Assembly (NCBI RefSeq): GCF_006345805.1
Contig: NC_043007.1
Span: 10,664,001 to 10,728,000 of the forward strand
Source: Octopus sinensis
Taxonomy: Eukaryota
Direction: 5' to 3'
Length of the DNA: 64,000 bases
Positions 1 through 12,630 of the stretch are shown here, piece by piece; the stretch's first letter is position 1; each line of letters begins with the position of its first letter. The notes under the pieces were generated by a model. It did not search any database. It was given only the letters and a program-made list of their open reading frames with translations, and had not been told where the DNA came from. A program made the position numbers and the translations under genes.

Positions 1-79
1 ACACACACACACACACACACACACCACACACACAAACACACACACACCACACAATATTATATATATACATGTATGTATA

Positions 80-1752
80 TCTATTATATCAAAGTCAATG
101 TCTTTATGTGTGTTCGTGTGTTACTTATACATTCGAAAACTGCTGCACACGATCATAATGAAATTTGGACACAAAATCCAAGCCTAGGGAGAAGGGTAAC
201 GCTGTGTGTTTCATACAATTTCATTGACCAAAATTACTGAATGGATCCTTATGATATTTGAAACTTAGATTCAATGCATAAGGGCAGGTATAATGCAATA
301 TGTTTGGTTTGAATTTCAGATGGCTTAAAGGGGGCAGAAGCCCCATCAAAATTAATAAATTTTCAATGTTGATGAAATTTCAACCACGAGTAATTGATAC
401 ACATCAAGAAGTATTCTCAAAGTTTCCACTTCACATGAGAATTCTAAGACACCCTAATGGGGGCCTAAACTCCCAAATTTTAGTAATTTCTTTTATGATC
501 CAAAACTAGGTCAAAAGTACTGAATGGATCTTTACAAAATTTGGAAATTATATTCTATGCATAAGGGCCATAACCCCCATGATAATTCATATATTTTTGC
601 TGTTGATGAAATTTAACCATACATATTAGATACAAATGAAGTAATATTTATAAAATTCATCTTCTTACAATTTGAAAGACCAGACCCTTCATGGGGACTT
701 ACAAACACCCACAATTTGTCATTTTATCTAAGCAAAGACGAATACAGTTGTACAATGGAAGCTGTAGGGTCACCCGAGCATAAAAGATGAGCATTATTTG
801 TAATTCAATGGTACAACAGTGTAAGAGTTTTCTTTTACATACACTTAGATTGTGATTTCTGCAATGTGCTGCATAAATTGTCAAGTAAATGATAGGCATC
901 ATTGCTTCCACTGATTCAGTTGCAAAGTGTTGAGTAAAGTTATTTGATTGCAGATCTCCTTTCAGTCTTTTTATTATCACTGGGTCACACACATAGTCCC
1001 CAGATGGTAACATTGATTTCAAGGCCTTCCCAGATGAGTGACTGGTTATTATAGATTGTAAATTTATTCTGTCCAGTTATGTATCAGTATAGTGGTCATT
1101 TGCAAACTCCAACTTTCATTTCTCCTTAGCCCTCACATCACACAGTGATAATGTTTATTTCAGTTGGGTCACACCCTTCCATTTGCTATAGATTCATAGG
1201 CATCTTACACCTGTGCCTATCACTTGGATAGTGAGGAATACTAAATTGGGAGTGGTAACGAATAGGGAACTGTAGCTGACTGCTTATTGTGATCATTCCT
1301 CTTGGTTTCCGGTAGCTTTGCTCTCTTTTACAAACCCAGTGAACACATATTTCCTATTTCAAAGAAATTCAAAATAATAGATATAGGACCCAAGTTAATA
1401 AGATTCTCAACAAATCAACTTCTCTGGTTGACGTTAATGCCCATCCCTAATAGGGGCCTAAACTTTCACATTTTAGAGCTCCATTACCTCCATTTTTCAG
1501 GAGCAAAATCCTTTTAACAGGTTCTATAAGACTGGAATTTTTGAATATGTGCATAAAAATCAGTACTATGGGATACATGTGGCACAATTACAATTTTTTT
1601 AGGGTGTGTAAAGAGGGAAATAACCCTCATCTGCAATTTTGATGAAATTCGAAACATAGGTATTCAAGTTCATTACAGAAAATATAACAGAAAAGAGAAA
1701 AGTCTAATTCTTCAATTGCATGTAACACAGGCAACGCCGGGTAACTCTGCTA

Positions 1753-1753
<1 letters not shown>
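80..1753 (+). mobile_element. Non-autonomous Helitron/DINE-like element
   Basis: Starts TCTATTATATCAAAG after a (TA)n/(CA)n tract; ends GCAACGCCGGGTAACTCTGCTAGT (GC-rich subterminal segment plus CTAG). No coding capacity. Second copy at 41768-43442. Confidence 0.45.
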
Positions 1754-1809
<56 letters not shown>

Positions 1810-2017
1810 TACACATATACATGTATACGTATGCATCTATACATATACAGCTATACATATTCATGTATACATATACCAGTATATATATACATCTATATAT
1901 ATACATGTATATATATATATATATACATCTATTTATATACATGTATATATATATACACATTTATATATACATTTGTGCAGATGTATACACATACACACTC
2001 ATATATATGTGTGCGTG

Positions 2018-2145
2018 TGAGGCGCAATGGCCCAGTGGTTAGGACAGCGGACTCTCGGTCAGAAGATTGTTGTTTCGATTCCCAGACCGGGCGTTGTGTG
2101 TGTTTATTGAGCGAAAACACCTAAAAGCACCACGAGGCTCTGGCA
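2018..2145 (+). mobile_element. tRNA-derived SINE family C, truncated head
   Basis: GAGGCGCAATGGCCCAGTGGTTAGG...GTTTCGATTCCC carries A/B-box-like motifs; same head at 43676, 51019, 59499 and, more diverged, 62895. Confidence 0.7.
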
Positions 2146-2233
2146 TATAATATAATATATATATATATATATATGTATACACTCATATTATATACATATT
2201 ATATATATGTATGTATATATGTATATAAGCCTG

Positions 2234-2265
<32 letters not shown>

Positions 2266-2567
2266 ATGAGATAATAGTTTCACTTTAATAGTTTCAGTAT
2301 TAAAGTGAAAGTATCTGACATCACAATAGAGAGATGTTATTGTTTCACTTTTGACACGTAATCCTGAAATAGTGGAGAAGATATGATATATGCTGTGGGC
2401 TCGCACTAGGCAAGAAGTTAAACATTTTTTTGGCCTATGATACTACATGGACCCTCAGTAAAGCATGTGTAAAATTTGAATGAAATTGGTCGTGTAGTTC
2501 TCAAATTTTAGGGATTCACACAGACACACACATTCTCTTTTTTATATATATAGATGAATACAGTATC

Positions 2568-2796
2568 TTACTCTTTTACTCTTTTACTTGTTTCAGTCAT
2601 TTGACTGCCGCCTTGCTGGAGCACCGCCTTTAGTCTAGCAAATCGACCCCGGGACTTATTCTTTGTAAGCCCAGTACTTATTCTATCGGTCTCTTTTGCC
2701 GAACCGCTAAGTGACGGGGACGTAAACACACCAGCATAGGTTGTCAAGCAATGCTAGGGGGACAAACACACACACACAAACACACATACACACACT

Positions 2797-2828
<32 letters not shown>

Positions 2829-2993
2829 CATATATACGACAGGCTTCTTTCAGCTTCCGACTACCAAATCCACTCACAAGGCATTGGTCGGCCGGGGCTA
2901 TAGCTGAAGACACTTGCCCAAGATGCCATGCAGTGGGACTGAACCCGGAACCATGTGGCTGGTTAGCAGCTACTTACCACAACAGCCACTCCT
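2568..2993 (-). mobile_element. tRNA-derived SINE family A
   Basis: Minus strand reads AGGAGTGGCTGT...GGTTCAGTCCCACTG, then an internal (TA)/(TG) tract and a GAAACAAGTAAAAGAGTAA tail; more than 12 copies in the window. Confidence 0.8.
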
Positions 2994-3269
2994 GCACCTT
3001 CATTATAAAACTGTAAGGTATATATGAATATGGCGAAAGTATAAAGAATTCGTACACCCGGTGTTTAGAGTTTGGTTAGGAGTTAGGGTTAGAGTTTTTT
3101 GTTACGTTGAAACGGGTGGTGTACGTATTCTTTACCTCTGCCTGCAACAATTTATATGATATGCATACCCGACGAATTATAATCTGATTTTTTAAAATTG
3201 CTCAACCCCACCCAAAAAATTTCAGGCATTTAGTAGAAAGGAATATTATTATTGTTATCATTATTTATT

Positions 3270-3395
3270 ATTATTAGTAGTAGTAGTAGTAGTAGTAATA
3301 GTGAGAGGAGGAACTGTTGGTGTTGAAATAGTTGTAACAGCAGCAGTAGTGACAGTGGGTGTGGCTGGAGTAGTAGTAGTAGTAATGGTGTTGTG

Positions 3396-3435
<40 letters not shown>

Positions 3436-3888
3436 CAGTAGTGGTAATGGTGGTGGTGGTGGTGGTGGTAGTAGTAGTAGTAGTGGTGGTGGTGGTGGTG
3501 GTGGTGGTGGAGGTAGTAGTAGTAGTAGTGGTGGTGGTGGTGGTGGTAGTAGTAGTAGTAGTAATGGTGGTGGTGGTGGTGGTGGTGGTGGTGGTAGTAG
3601 TAGTAGTAATAGTAGTAGTAGTAGTAGAATCGTACTTCTTTCACTTTCAGTATTAAACTGCTGCGCACAAAATCCGTCATTTTATATGTGTATATAGGTA
3701 GGTGTACGTGTGCACGTTTCATCAAATGAGTCTACGTACATGTAAGCGTGTGTGTATATGTGAGTGTTTGCGTGTATGTATGTATATGTGTGAGAGAGAG
3801 AGAGAGAGATGAGAGAAGAAACAGTCTGTATTTGTGTGTTTGTCTATGTAAGTCTGTGTGCGGATGTGTTTATGACAACCAAATCATT

Positions 3889-3931
<43 letters not shown>

Positions 3932-3995
3932 GGTGGTGGTGGTGGTGGTGGTGGTGGTGGTGGTGGTGGTGGTAGTAGTAGTAGTGGTGGTAGTA

Positions 3996-4042
<47 letters not shown>

Positions 4043-4052
4043 GGTGGTGGTG

Positions 4053-4087
<35 letters not shown>

Positions 4088-4142
4088 GGTGTTTGTGGTG
4101 GTGGTGGTGGTGGTAGTAGTAGTAGTGGTGGTAGTAGTGGTG

Positions 4143-4174
<32 letters not shown>

Positions 4175-4226
4175 GGTGGTGGTGGTGGTGGTGGTGGTGG
4201 TGGTAGTAGTAGTGGTGGTGGTAGTA

Positions 4227-4273
<47 letters not shown>

Positions 4274-4510
4274 GGTGTTGGCGGTTGTAGTAGTAGTAAT
4301 AGTAGCAGTAGTAGTAGTAGTAGTAGTAGTGGTAGTAGTATTGATAGTGGTGGTGGTGGTGGTGGTGGTGGTGTGGTGGCGGTGGTTGTAGTAGTAGTAG
4401 TATTAGTGGTGGTGGTGGTGGTGGTGGTGGTGGTGGTGGTTTGTAGTAGTAGTGGTAGTAGTAGTGATGGTGGTGGTGGTGGTGGTGGTGGTTGTAGTAG
4501 TAGTAGTAGT
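3270..4510. repeat. Compound (GTA)n/(GTG)n microsatellite arrays
   Basis: Alternating AGT and GGT runs, interrupted at about 3630-3890 by a short unique module; they account for the poly-V/poly-H/poly-G ORFs. Confidence 0.95.
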
Positions 4511-4519
4511 TAAAGTGGT

Positions 4520-4850
4520 GCATAGCCCTTTAAGAGATTTCGATGTTTATATCCTGTTTGTAGCGCAACGAGAAATCTAAGAGCGATAAGTATTAAGTCG
4601 TATAACGAGTTGTCTCCTTGGATAGCTTTGCAGGTTCAAGGGAGACTATTCATTTTGATTGGTTGAAATTGTAGAAATTGAAGAAAAAAAAAACAACAAA
4701 TATCTTACAGACTATAGAATTTTCTCAATAAAGCCAAGAGAAAAAGATGTTTTATAAACACTTTGTACCAGTATAAGAAGTTTAAAATTTTTTAGTTACC
4801 TAGAAATTATGTTAAAAACAGCCGTTCAAACCGAAAAGATCCGACGTCAC
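4520..4850 (+). repeat. ~330-bp local duplication (partner about 7530-7860), including part of a MITE-family sequence
   Basis: GTGCATAGCCCTTTAAGAGATTTCGATG...CAAACCGAAAAGATCC is present at both sites; the right half matches the MITE at 11856-12270 and 62388-62794. Confidence 0.8.
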
Positions 4851-4872
4851 TGATTGAAATTGCAGAAATTGA

Positions 4873-4948
4873 AGCTGATGGAAAAACATAATAACACAAA
4901 CCTAATTGTTTGATGTTCCGTAATCTCTGAAATTGTACTGTATTGGTG
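4873..4948 (-). pseudogene. SAMHD1-like fragment (N-terminal [22 protein letters not shown] segment)
   Basis: GAAGCTGATGGAAAAACATAATAACACAAACCTAATTGTTTGATGTTCCGTAATCTCTGAAATTGTACTGTATT matches 15445-15520. Confidence 0.85.
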
Positions 4949-4981
4949 CTGGTGGTGGTCGTGGTGGTGGTGGTGGTCGTG

Positions 4982-5023
<42 letters not shown>

Positions 5024-5094
5024 ACAGTGGCGGTTGCTGCTTCTAAATTTCACTTTCACTATTAATCTACTGCGAATTAAATCCGTCATATTAA

Positions 5095-5145
<51 letters not shown>

Positions 5146-5148
<3 letters not shown>

Positions 5149-5376
5149 TTTCGCGGAATTTCCTGATTTACCAATGATAAGATCTTTTATGAAAGCAATT
5201 TCATCGGGCTCAATTTTTTCTTTAACATGTGGGTTCTCTTTAAGAAGATGATCCAACATTTGACACGATGCATCTTCATGATTCCATCTTTTATCTGTTC
5301 TTCGATATCCATCAATAAAATCTTTAAAGACATGCGAAAAAGGCGCATGTCCTAAATCATGACACAAACAAGCAAT
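5146..5376 (-). pseudogene. SAMHD1-like fragment (HD motif region)
   Basis: Within ORF 5086..5703: [75 protein letters not shown], bounded by (GT)n and (AGT)n; most similar to the 47472-48713 copy. Confidence 0.9.
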
Positions 5377-5392
5377 TATTGTAGTAGTAGTA

Positions 5393-5445
<53 letters not shown>

Positions 5446-5486
5446 TTGTTGTTGTTGTTGTTGTTGTAGTAGTAGTAGTAGTTGTT

Positions 5487-5524
<38 letters not shown>

Positions 5525-5554
5525 TGTGATGCGGTGGTGGTGGCAGCAGTTGTT

Positions 5555-5599
<45 letters not shown>

Positions 5600-5907
5600 C
5601 AACAAGAACAGCAACAGTAGGATCGAATAAGTTTCACTTTCTGTAGTAAAGTACTGCGAAGATTGTCAGTTGTTTTGATAATTGTATGCGTGTGTGTATG
5701 CATGTGTATATGTGTGTCTGAATAACTGTGTGTAAATGTGTTCGTGTGTATGTCTGTGTATGTGTCTGATCTACATGTGTGTGTGTGTGTGTGTGTTCGT
5801 TTGTGAGTGCGTGCGTGCGTGCGTGTGTATGTCTGTGAATGTGTATGTGTGTGAGAGAGAGAAAGAGAGAGAGAGAGTTTATTGGAAAAGGAAGATGGAA
5901 TTATCTA

Positions 5908-6020
5908 CCGGGTTCAGTCCCAGTGCGTGGCACCGTGGGCAAGTGTCTTCTACTATTGCCTTGGGCCGACCAAAGCCTTGTGAGTCGATTTGGTGGAAGG
6001 AAACTGAGATAAGCCCGTTG

Positions 6021-6051
<31 letters not shown>

Positions 6052-6285
6052 ATGTATGTATGTGTGTGTATATGTTTCGTGTGTCTGTGCTTGTCTCTCC
6101 AACATCGCTTGACAACCGATGCTGGTGTGTTTACGTCCCCGTAACTTAGCGGTTCGGCAAAAAGAGACCGATAGAATAAGTACTAGGCTTACAAAGGAAT
6201 AAGTCCTGGCGTCGATTTGCTCGACTGTAATGGCGGTGTTCCATCATGGCCGCAGTCAAAATGACTGAAACAAGTAAGTAAAAGA
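5908..6285 (+). mobile_element. SINE family A (5-prime truncated)
   Basis: CCGGGTTCAGTCCC...GACTGAAACAAGTAA, reverse complement of the family A consensus at 2568-2993. Confidence 0.75.
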
Positions 6286-6788
6286 AGTATTATGAGACGA
6301 ATGAAATGCCTCTAACCATTTTGTCCGGCGCGGAAACGATTCTACCAGCTCGCCACCTTTTTCTGCTCTTAAACAAATATATTTCAACGTGAGGATGGAC
6401 GATTTATTGCAGAATTGCTAGAGTGGTGGACATATTTGCCTTGCGGTATTCCTCTCATTTCTTTATATTCTGAGTTCAAATCGCAGCGGAGTTGACTGTG
6501 CCTTTCGTGTTTCTAAAGGCGATGAGACATATACTGAATAAATAATAAGGTTTTCCATTTTGTTTTTTAGGTCGTCTAGAAAATAATGGTGAATTTCTGT
6601 CGTTGACAGCTAAAGCAATTTTCGTTTTTGCAGGAGTGGCTGTGGTGTAGTAGCTTGCTAACCAACCACATGGTTCTGGGTTGAGTCCCACTGCGTGGCA
6701 TCATGGGCAAGTGTCTTCTGCTATAGCCCCGGGCCGACCAATGCCTTGTGCGTGGATTTGGTAGTCGGAAACTGAAAAGGAGCCTGTC

Positions 6789-6840
<52 letters not shown>

Positions 6841-7016
6841 AGTTTTGGAGATGATGTACAGGTATTATATATTAGAAGAAATGAGGTAATCAGAAGATCG
6901 GATGGTTTATATTTACAGATATTTATTTATATATTACTTTTTTTACATATATATCATATCATTTAGATCATTAGCGCTTTCTCCCATCTAGTGGGATTTT
7001 CAAATCAAAATAACTT

Positions 7017-7278
7017 CTGGTTCTCTTAAGAAGATGATCCACATTTCACACGATGCATCTTCATGTTTCCATTTATATCTGCACTTCGATTTCAATTAAT
7101 AAAACCTTCAAAGACATGCGAAAACGGCGCAAGTCCTAAACGGCGCATGTCCACAAACCAGCAATTTCCACGCAAAATATATCGCGTTCAGATACTTTCG
7201 GTGGGGCTTTTTGTTGGTTAAGATGACGAATCATTTTCCCAGCTAAATAACATGTCCCCAGACAATGCTCGAATCTAT
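7017..7278 (-). pseudogene. SAMHD1-like fragment with indels (NRFEH to HEDASC region)
   Basis: Matches about 48280-48540 (...CCACGCAAAATATATCGCGTTCAGATACTTTCGG...CATGTCCCCAGACAATGCTCGAATCTATTA) with small deletions and a duplicated AAACGGCGCA. Confidence 0.85.
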
Positions 7279-7358
7279 TAGGAAGAGCAACAGCGTCAGT
7301 AGTTGTAGTAGTAGTAGTAGTATTGGTGGTGGCGGTGGTGATGTTGGTGGTGGTGGTT

Positions 7359-7394
<36 letters not shown>

Positions 7395-7430
7395 TTGGTG
7401 GTGGCGGTGGTGATGTTGGTGGTGGTGGTT

Positions 7431-7487
<57 letters not shown>

Positions 7488-7921
7488 ATGGTGGTGGCGG
7501 TGGTGGTTGTAGTAGTAGTAGTAGTTACTGTTGTGCATAGCCCTTTAAGAGATTTCGATGATTAGATCGTGTTCTTAGCGCAACTAGAAATCTAAGAGCG
7601 ATAAGTATTAAGTCTTATAACGAGTTGTCTCCTTGGATAGCTTTACAGAGTCAAGGGAGACTATTCATTTTGGTTGGTTGAAATTGTAGAAATTGAAGAA
7701 AAAAAAACAACAAATATCTTACAAACTATAGAATTTTCTCAATAAAGCCAAGAGAAAGAGATGTTTTATAAACACATTCTAATAGTATACGAAGTTTCAA
7801 ATTTTTTAGTTACCTAGAAATTATGTTAAAATCTGCCGTTCAAACCGAAAAGATCCAAATCAGGTACTTAACCAACTGGGTCAAATACACGTAGAGGTTG
7901 ACAGCAAAAAATGGACCTACA

Positions 7922-7967
<46 letters not shown>

Positions 7968-8582
7968 TACATACATACATACATACATACATACATACTA
8001 CATACATACATACATACATACACGGCGGCACCTTGAAAAATTTGTTGTCGACTATTTCGACCCCAATACTTTTTTTTTAAATCCTTTTAAGCCTGGTACT
8101 ACTCTATCGGGCTTTTATGCCCAACCGCTAAGTTACTTGTTTTAGTCATTTGACTGCGACCATTCTGGTGCACCGTCGTAAAAATTTTTTAGTCGAATTT
8201 ATCTACTCCTGTGTCTATTTTTAATGCCTGGTACCTATCCTATCGATCTCTTTGCCGAGCTTTTAATTTACGGGGATGTAACAAACGGGTACCGGTTGTC
8301 ACACACCACACACACACACACACACATTATTTTATTTGTTTCAGTCATTTGACTGCAGCCATGCAGGAGCACCGCCTTTAGTTGAACAAATTGACTCCAG
8401 GATTTTTTTTTGTAGGCCTAGTACTTATATCGGTTTAAGTTTCGGGGATGTAACTTAGACCGATATAAATTACCGAGTTACGGGGACGTGAACACACCAG
8501 TGTCGGTTGTGAAGCGATGGTTGGGGAACAAACACAGATATACAAACACATAATACTTCTAATATATATATATATATATATA

Positions 8583-8619
<37 letters not shown>

Positions 8620-9169
8620 TACGAGTATTCTTTTTAAAAAAAAAATTTTCTTTAATTTTTCTAAATTTAATTATTTAATTGTTACAGTTGAAAAAGTCTC
8701 AATGACTGAAACCGGTACTGAAATATTTTTAATAAAATTATTTTAGCATTTTCTATCTTTGACTTTTTTTCCATATATATATATATATATATATATATAC
8801 GGCGGGCTTCTTTCAGTTTCCGTCTACCAAATTCACTCCCAAGGCTTTGGTCGTCGGCCCGAGGCTAAAGTAGAAGACACTTGTCCAAGGTGGCACTCAG
8901 TGGACTGAACCCGATAAAACATTCTTTCAGTTTCGTTTACCAAATCCACTCACAAGAATTTGGTTGGCCCATGGTTACAGTAGAAAGCACTTGCCCAAAG
9001 TGCCACGCAGTGTGACTGAACCCCGAACCATGTGGTTGGGAAGCAATCTTCTTACCACACGGCCACACCTGCTATGGCAGTGATATATATACTTATCTCA
9101 CATTTTATTTCACTATCACTAGTTTTATCATGTATAATATAATTACTACTATAGGTAAAATTTAGTATA

Positions 9170-9330
9170 TTAATTATAGTTAAGTTAAGTTAAGTTAATT
9201 TTTGGGGCTCAAAAAGCAAAAAGCAAGGCCACGTAGGGGGACATGGAGTTATGTACAGGGGTGTTCATGCAAAGAGTTCAGGCTATTTCTGGTCAAGACA
9301 GACTTTGAACCGAGCGGTCGTCGGTACGTC
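9170..9330 (-). mobile_element. 3-prime end of CR1/L2-type LINE
   Basis: Reverse complement of the 37970-38065 LINE end (CTCCATGTCCCCCTAC...GCCTTGCTTTTTGCTTTTGAGCC plus a short TAAC-type tail). Confidence 0.6.
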
Positions 9331-9894
9331 ACTGCCCCATAAACTCAAACGTCCCCTTCGACATGCCCAGAGTCCCCTCGGGGCAGTACCATCTACGTTG
9401 AGAATCCTTGGTGTGGTCGTGCAGATCAGCCTCAGTAATTATTTTTAAGCTTGGTACTTAGTCTATCACTTCCTCTGTTGCCGAACCGGTATTGAAACAC
9501 AAACACAAGCACAACCACACACACACACACTCACACACGCACATACACACATACACACACTCACAAACAAACAAATAAACAAACAAGCAACGTAACCGTT
9601 AATTCAAACGCATTTTTTTCTATCGTCCTGTTTTCTCTCTTGAGAAATTAGGCTTCTCAAAACCAGAAAGGAGAAAGCTAATTTGAAGACTACAGATCCA
9701 ATCCATCACTGCAACTGTAAAAACCTGTAAAACTTTCCAGAAGTTTATCATTTAAATATATATGAGCATGTCTAGATATGCATTGAAAGAATGGCCGAAA
9801 TTCATTCTCGCTGCTAAGTGAAGTCCGTCAGCTCATCGCAGCCGAAAGGTATATCGCAAAACAGGTATTCAAGTGTGGTGAATCTGGTTGGTTT

Positions 9895-11790
9895 TTTTTT
9901 GAGGGCGGGGGGGGGGGAATAAAATGCCTAGAAGGACCTACATAGCTGCAGAGAAGAAAATGACAGGCCATAAGCCAATAAAAGATAGGCTAACTCTTGC
10001 CCTTCATACCAATGCGAGTGGAGACTTAAAAACCAAGCCGCTCTTTGTCTACCATTCCGAAAACCCACGAGTGTTCAAGTCGAACAAAATCCTAAAAGAA
10101 AAGCTGCAAGTCATGTGGAGGGTAAGCGTTAAAGCCTGGGTCATCAGGCAATTCTTCACCGAGTTGGTCAAACTTGTCTTCGGACCAGCAATGAAAAAGT
10201 GCCTTCCGGAGAACGATCTTCTTCTCAACGTCATTCTCATCCTCGATAATGCTCCTGCTCACCCTCCTAACTTCCAAGATGATATCCTGGACGAATTTAA
10301 ATTCATAAATTTGTGTACTTTTCACGCAACACCACCCCATCTTTCAGCCCATGGACCAACTGGTGATCTTCAATTGTAAGAAATTGCACACCAAACATCT
10401 GTTTCGTTGGTGCTTTGAAGTCAGCGAAAATACAAATCTAACTCTTCATGAGTTTCGGATGGAGCACTACAACATTGTAAACTGTCTGAAAATCATCGAT
10501 ATGGCCTGGCAGGGTGTAACGAGAAGAATGTTGAATTCTGCATGGAGGAAATTGTGGTATCGGAAAGCGACTTCGTGGGGTTTGAGTGTGAGACACCTGT
10601 ACTTGAGGAGTGTATCTTGGCAAGTCCATAGGCCTCGAGGTTGTTGATAGTGACATTAACGATCTCGTCGAGGAACACTCCGAGGAGCTAACCACAGGTG
10701 AATTCTTTCAGCTTCAGGAGCAAAAGCACGTATGTGTGTGTATTAGGTGAACAGATGCGAAAGGAATGTGTATGTCTTTGAAGTAAAAAAATGAGTGAAT
10801 CGCTTCAGAGTTAAAAATAATTTATTCACTGGACTTAATTTGTCGTTGGTACACATAATTCTTCACTACATGCAAAATGTTGACAACTGCTACGAGTTGC
10901 TAGAATTAGAAACAGGGTACATCTGTGGAAGTGATGTGTCAGAAATGCACGTGTGTGTGTGTGTGTGTGTTTGTGTGTGTGTGTGAGTGTGTGTGCGTAA
11001 TTCATCTGAGATCAGTAGTCTACCGTAGAACTTCGAACATTTCTCTCGAGTCTCTACGACCAATCAAAACCTGTCGTCGTAGACATTTCTCGTTTGCCTG
11101 CTAGGCCTTTCTCCTCTCTGTCTGTCTGTTGACCACCGTATTTATAATAATCGTGGCAGCTAGAAGGACAGACATACTGCAGCAGGTTAGCTCCTGTCCA
11201 TTTGAACTTCGCCTGACATGGCTGAGTTTGTAGATCAATCACTTTTTGACAGGACAAAGAAAACCGTTTTTTCGCACCTGTTGATCGTGGTGGTTTGACG
11301 ACCGAAAATTCTTAGATTCGCTTTCGAATCTAGGCTTGGAGAAGGAAGTGTTAATTTTTACAAGCATTTGAATGCGGTGGAAGAGATTGATTCCCTGGTG
11401 GAGGACATTCTGGCGGAGAATGCTATCTCTACGAGTGACACAAGGACAGTGTTGGCAAGGTGGCAGTGTTTTTCTGTATTTCTAGAAAATTATCATCTTG
11501 TAAAATTAGCTACAGGTCGTGCAGCTACTTTATTTAATGACACTGCTCTGACGAGTTTTCGCAACATTTTTGAAAGGCAGACTTCTTTTGGTAAGTTTCT
11601 AATGAAACGGCCTGGAAGTGTAAAAAGTGAAGGAATTGTGTCCAAAAAGCCTAAATTAAGCGAAGTGAGACAAATTCCTGAAGTCTTAATAGAACATGAA
11701 TCTCCTTCCAAGCAGCAATCCTTCTCCTTCCGCTCTATCGTCTTCCTCGCGCACAAATTGTCCTCTTTAAGGCCATTCAGTTAATAAAAC
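9895..11790 (+). mobile_element. Degenerate Tigger/pogo DDE transposase remnant
   Basis: ORFs 9924..10379 (KDRLTL...NASGDLKTKPLFVYHSENPRVFK...ILILDNAPAHP), 10351..10647 (DQLVIFNCKKL...DMAWQGV...NSAWRKLW) and 11368..11784 resemble TIGD1/Tigger transposases; frameshifted and interrupted. Confidence 0.8.
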
Positions 11791-11855
11791 CAGTTTACAT
11801 ATTTCTTTTGCATTTTCTTTTTTATAATTGTCACTTTACTTTTAACAACAATTTT

Positions 11856-12270
11856 GGATCTTTTCGTTTTGAACAGCAGTTTTTCAACGGCGGTGTCATG
11901 AAATTGTCACCCATATTATGACCCTAAATCGATTTGTTGCATTTCAATCTCTTTTAGGGTTAAGGTTAGTTAGGGTTAGGGGTGGGGGAAGGGTATCTTT
12001 TTTTCTTCACAAATGTAAATAAACCCAATCTGTTTCTTAAACGAGGGACATATTCATGCCGCACAGAATGCTTTTTAATTCAATAGACGTCACTGGTTTG
12101 TTGAAATTGCAGAAAAATAACAACAAATATCTTACAAACTATAGAATTTTCTCAATAAAGCCAAGAGAAAAAGATGTTTTTTTAAACACATTCTACCAGT
12201 ATAGGAAGTTTAAAATTTTAAAATTAACTAGATATTATTTTCAAAACTCTGCGTTCAAACCGAAATGATC
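11856..12270. mobile_element. MITE with GGATCTTTTCG TIR-like ends
   Basis: Begins GGATCTTTTCGTTTTGAAC and ends GTTCAAACCGAAATGATCC; same family as 62388-62794 in the opposite orientation. Confidence 0.6.
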
Positions 12271-12630
12271 CCCAATTTTTCTGCTTTAAAACCCATAAAA
12301 AAATTTTTGGGTTGATTTGGGGTGGGTGCTGAAACGGATTAATTATATTTAGTTCATTCAATAGGGAAATTGATTTGTAAAACGAGTAAATCGTAAACGA
12401 TTTCGGGCATAGAACGAATTAAGCTCGTTTTGCGAAGTAATCGATGTAATTCTAATTAAATAATTCTAGTTTAGTAATTACCTTCCCTTCTAATCTATTT
12501 TGTACTTGAAGATTCGGTGCGAGCGAGCTCGGTAGAAGGAAAATGCCTATCTTCAAACCTTTCAAATGAGTGCAGGATGTAATTATTTCATCACAGAGAA
12601 CTAAGAAACTTGAAGAAAAAAAAAAAATTA

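Larger units (their letters stand above)
65..4200 (+). repeat. Direct segmental duplication, copy A (partner about 41755-46200)
   Basis: Unique-looking sequence and the same nested SINEs recur in the same order at an offset of about 41.7 kb. The six-frame peptides 300..509 and 41988..42197 differ at one residue. Differences are mostly microsatellite lengths and 1-nt indels. Confidence 0.9.

Noticed and set aside
3261-4523. Long poly-V/H/Y/G/S ORFs (also at 44945-46344, 7265-7565, 16095-16283)
   Set aside because: These are translations of (GTA)n/(GTG)n microsatellites, with no unique coding content.
4873-7278. Fragments as exons of a spliced SAMHD1 gene
   Set aside because: The order is scrambled (the N-terminal piece lies downstream of the HD piece on the minus strand), pieces overlap in coding content, boundaries lack consistent GT-AG, and the full-length paralogs are single-exon.
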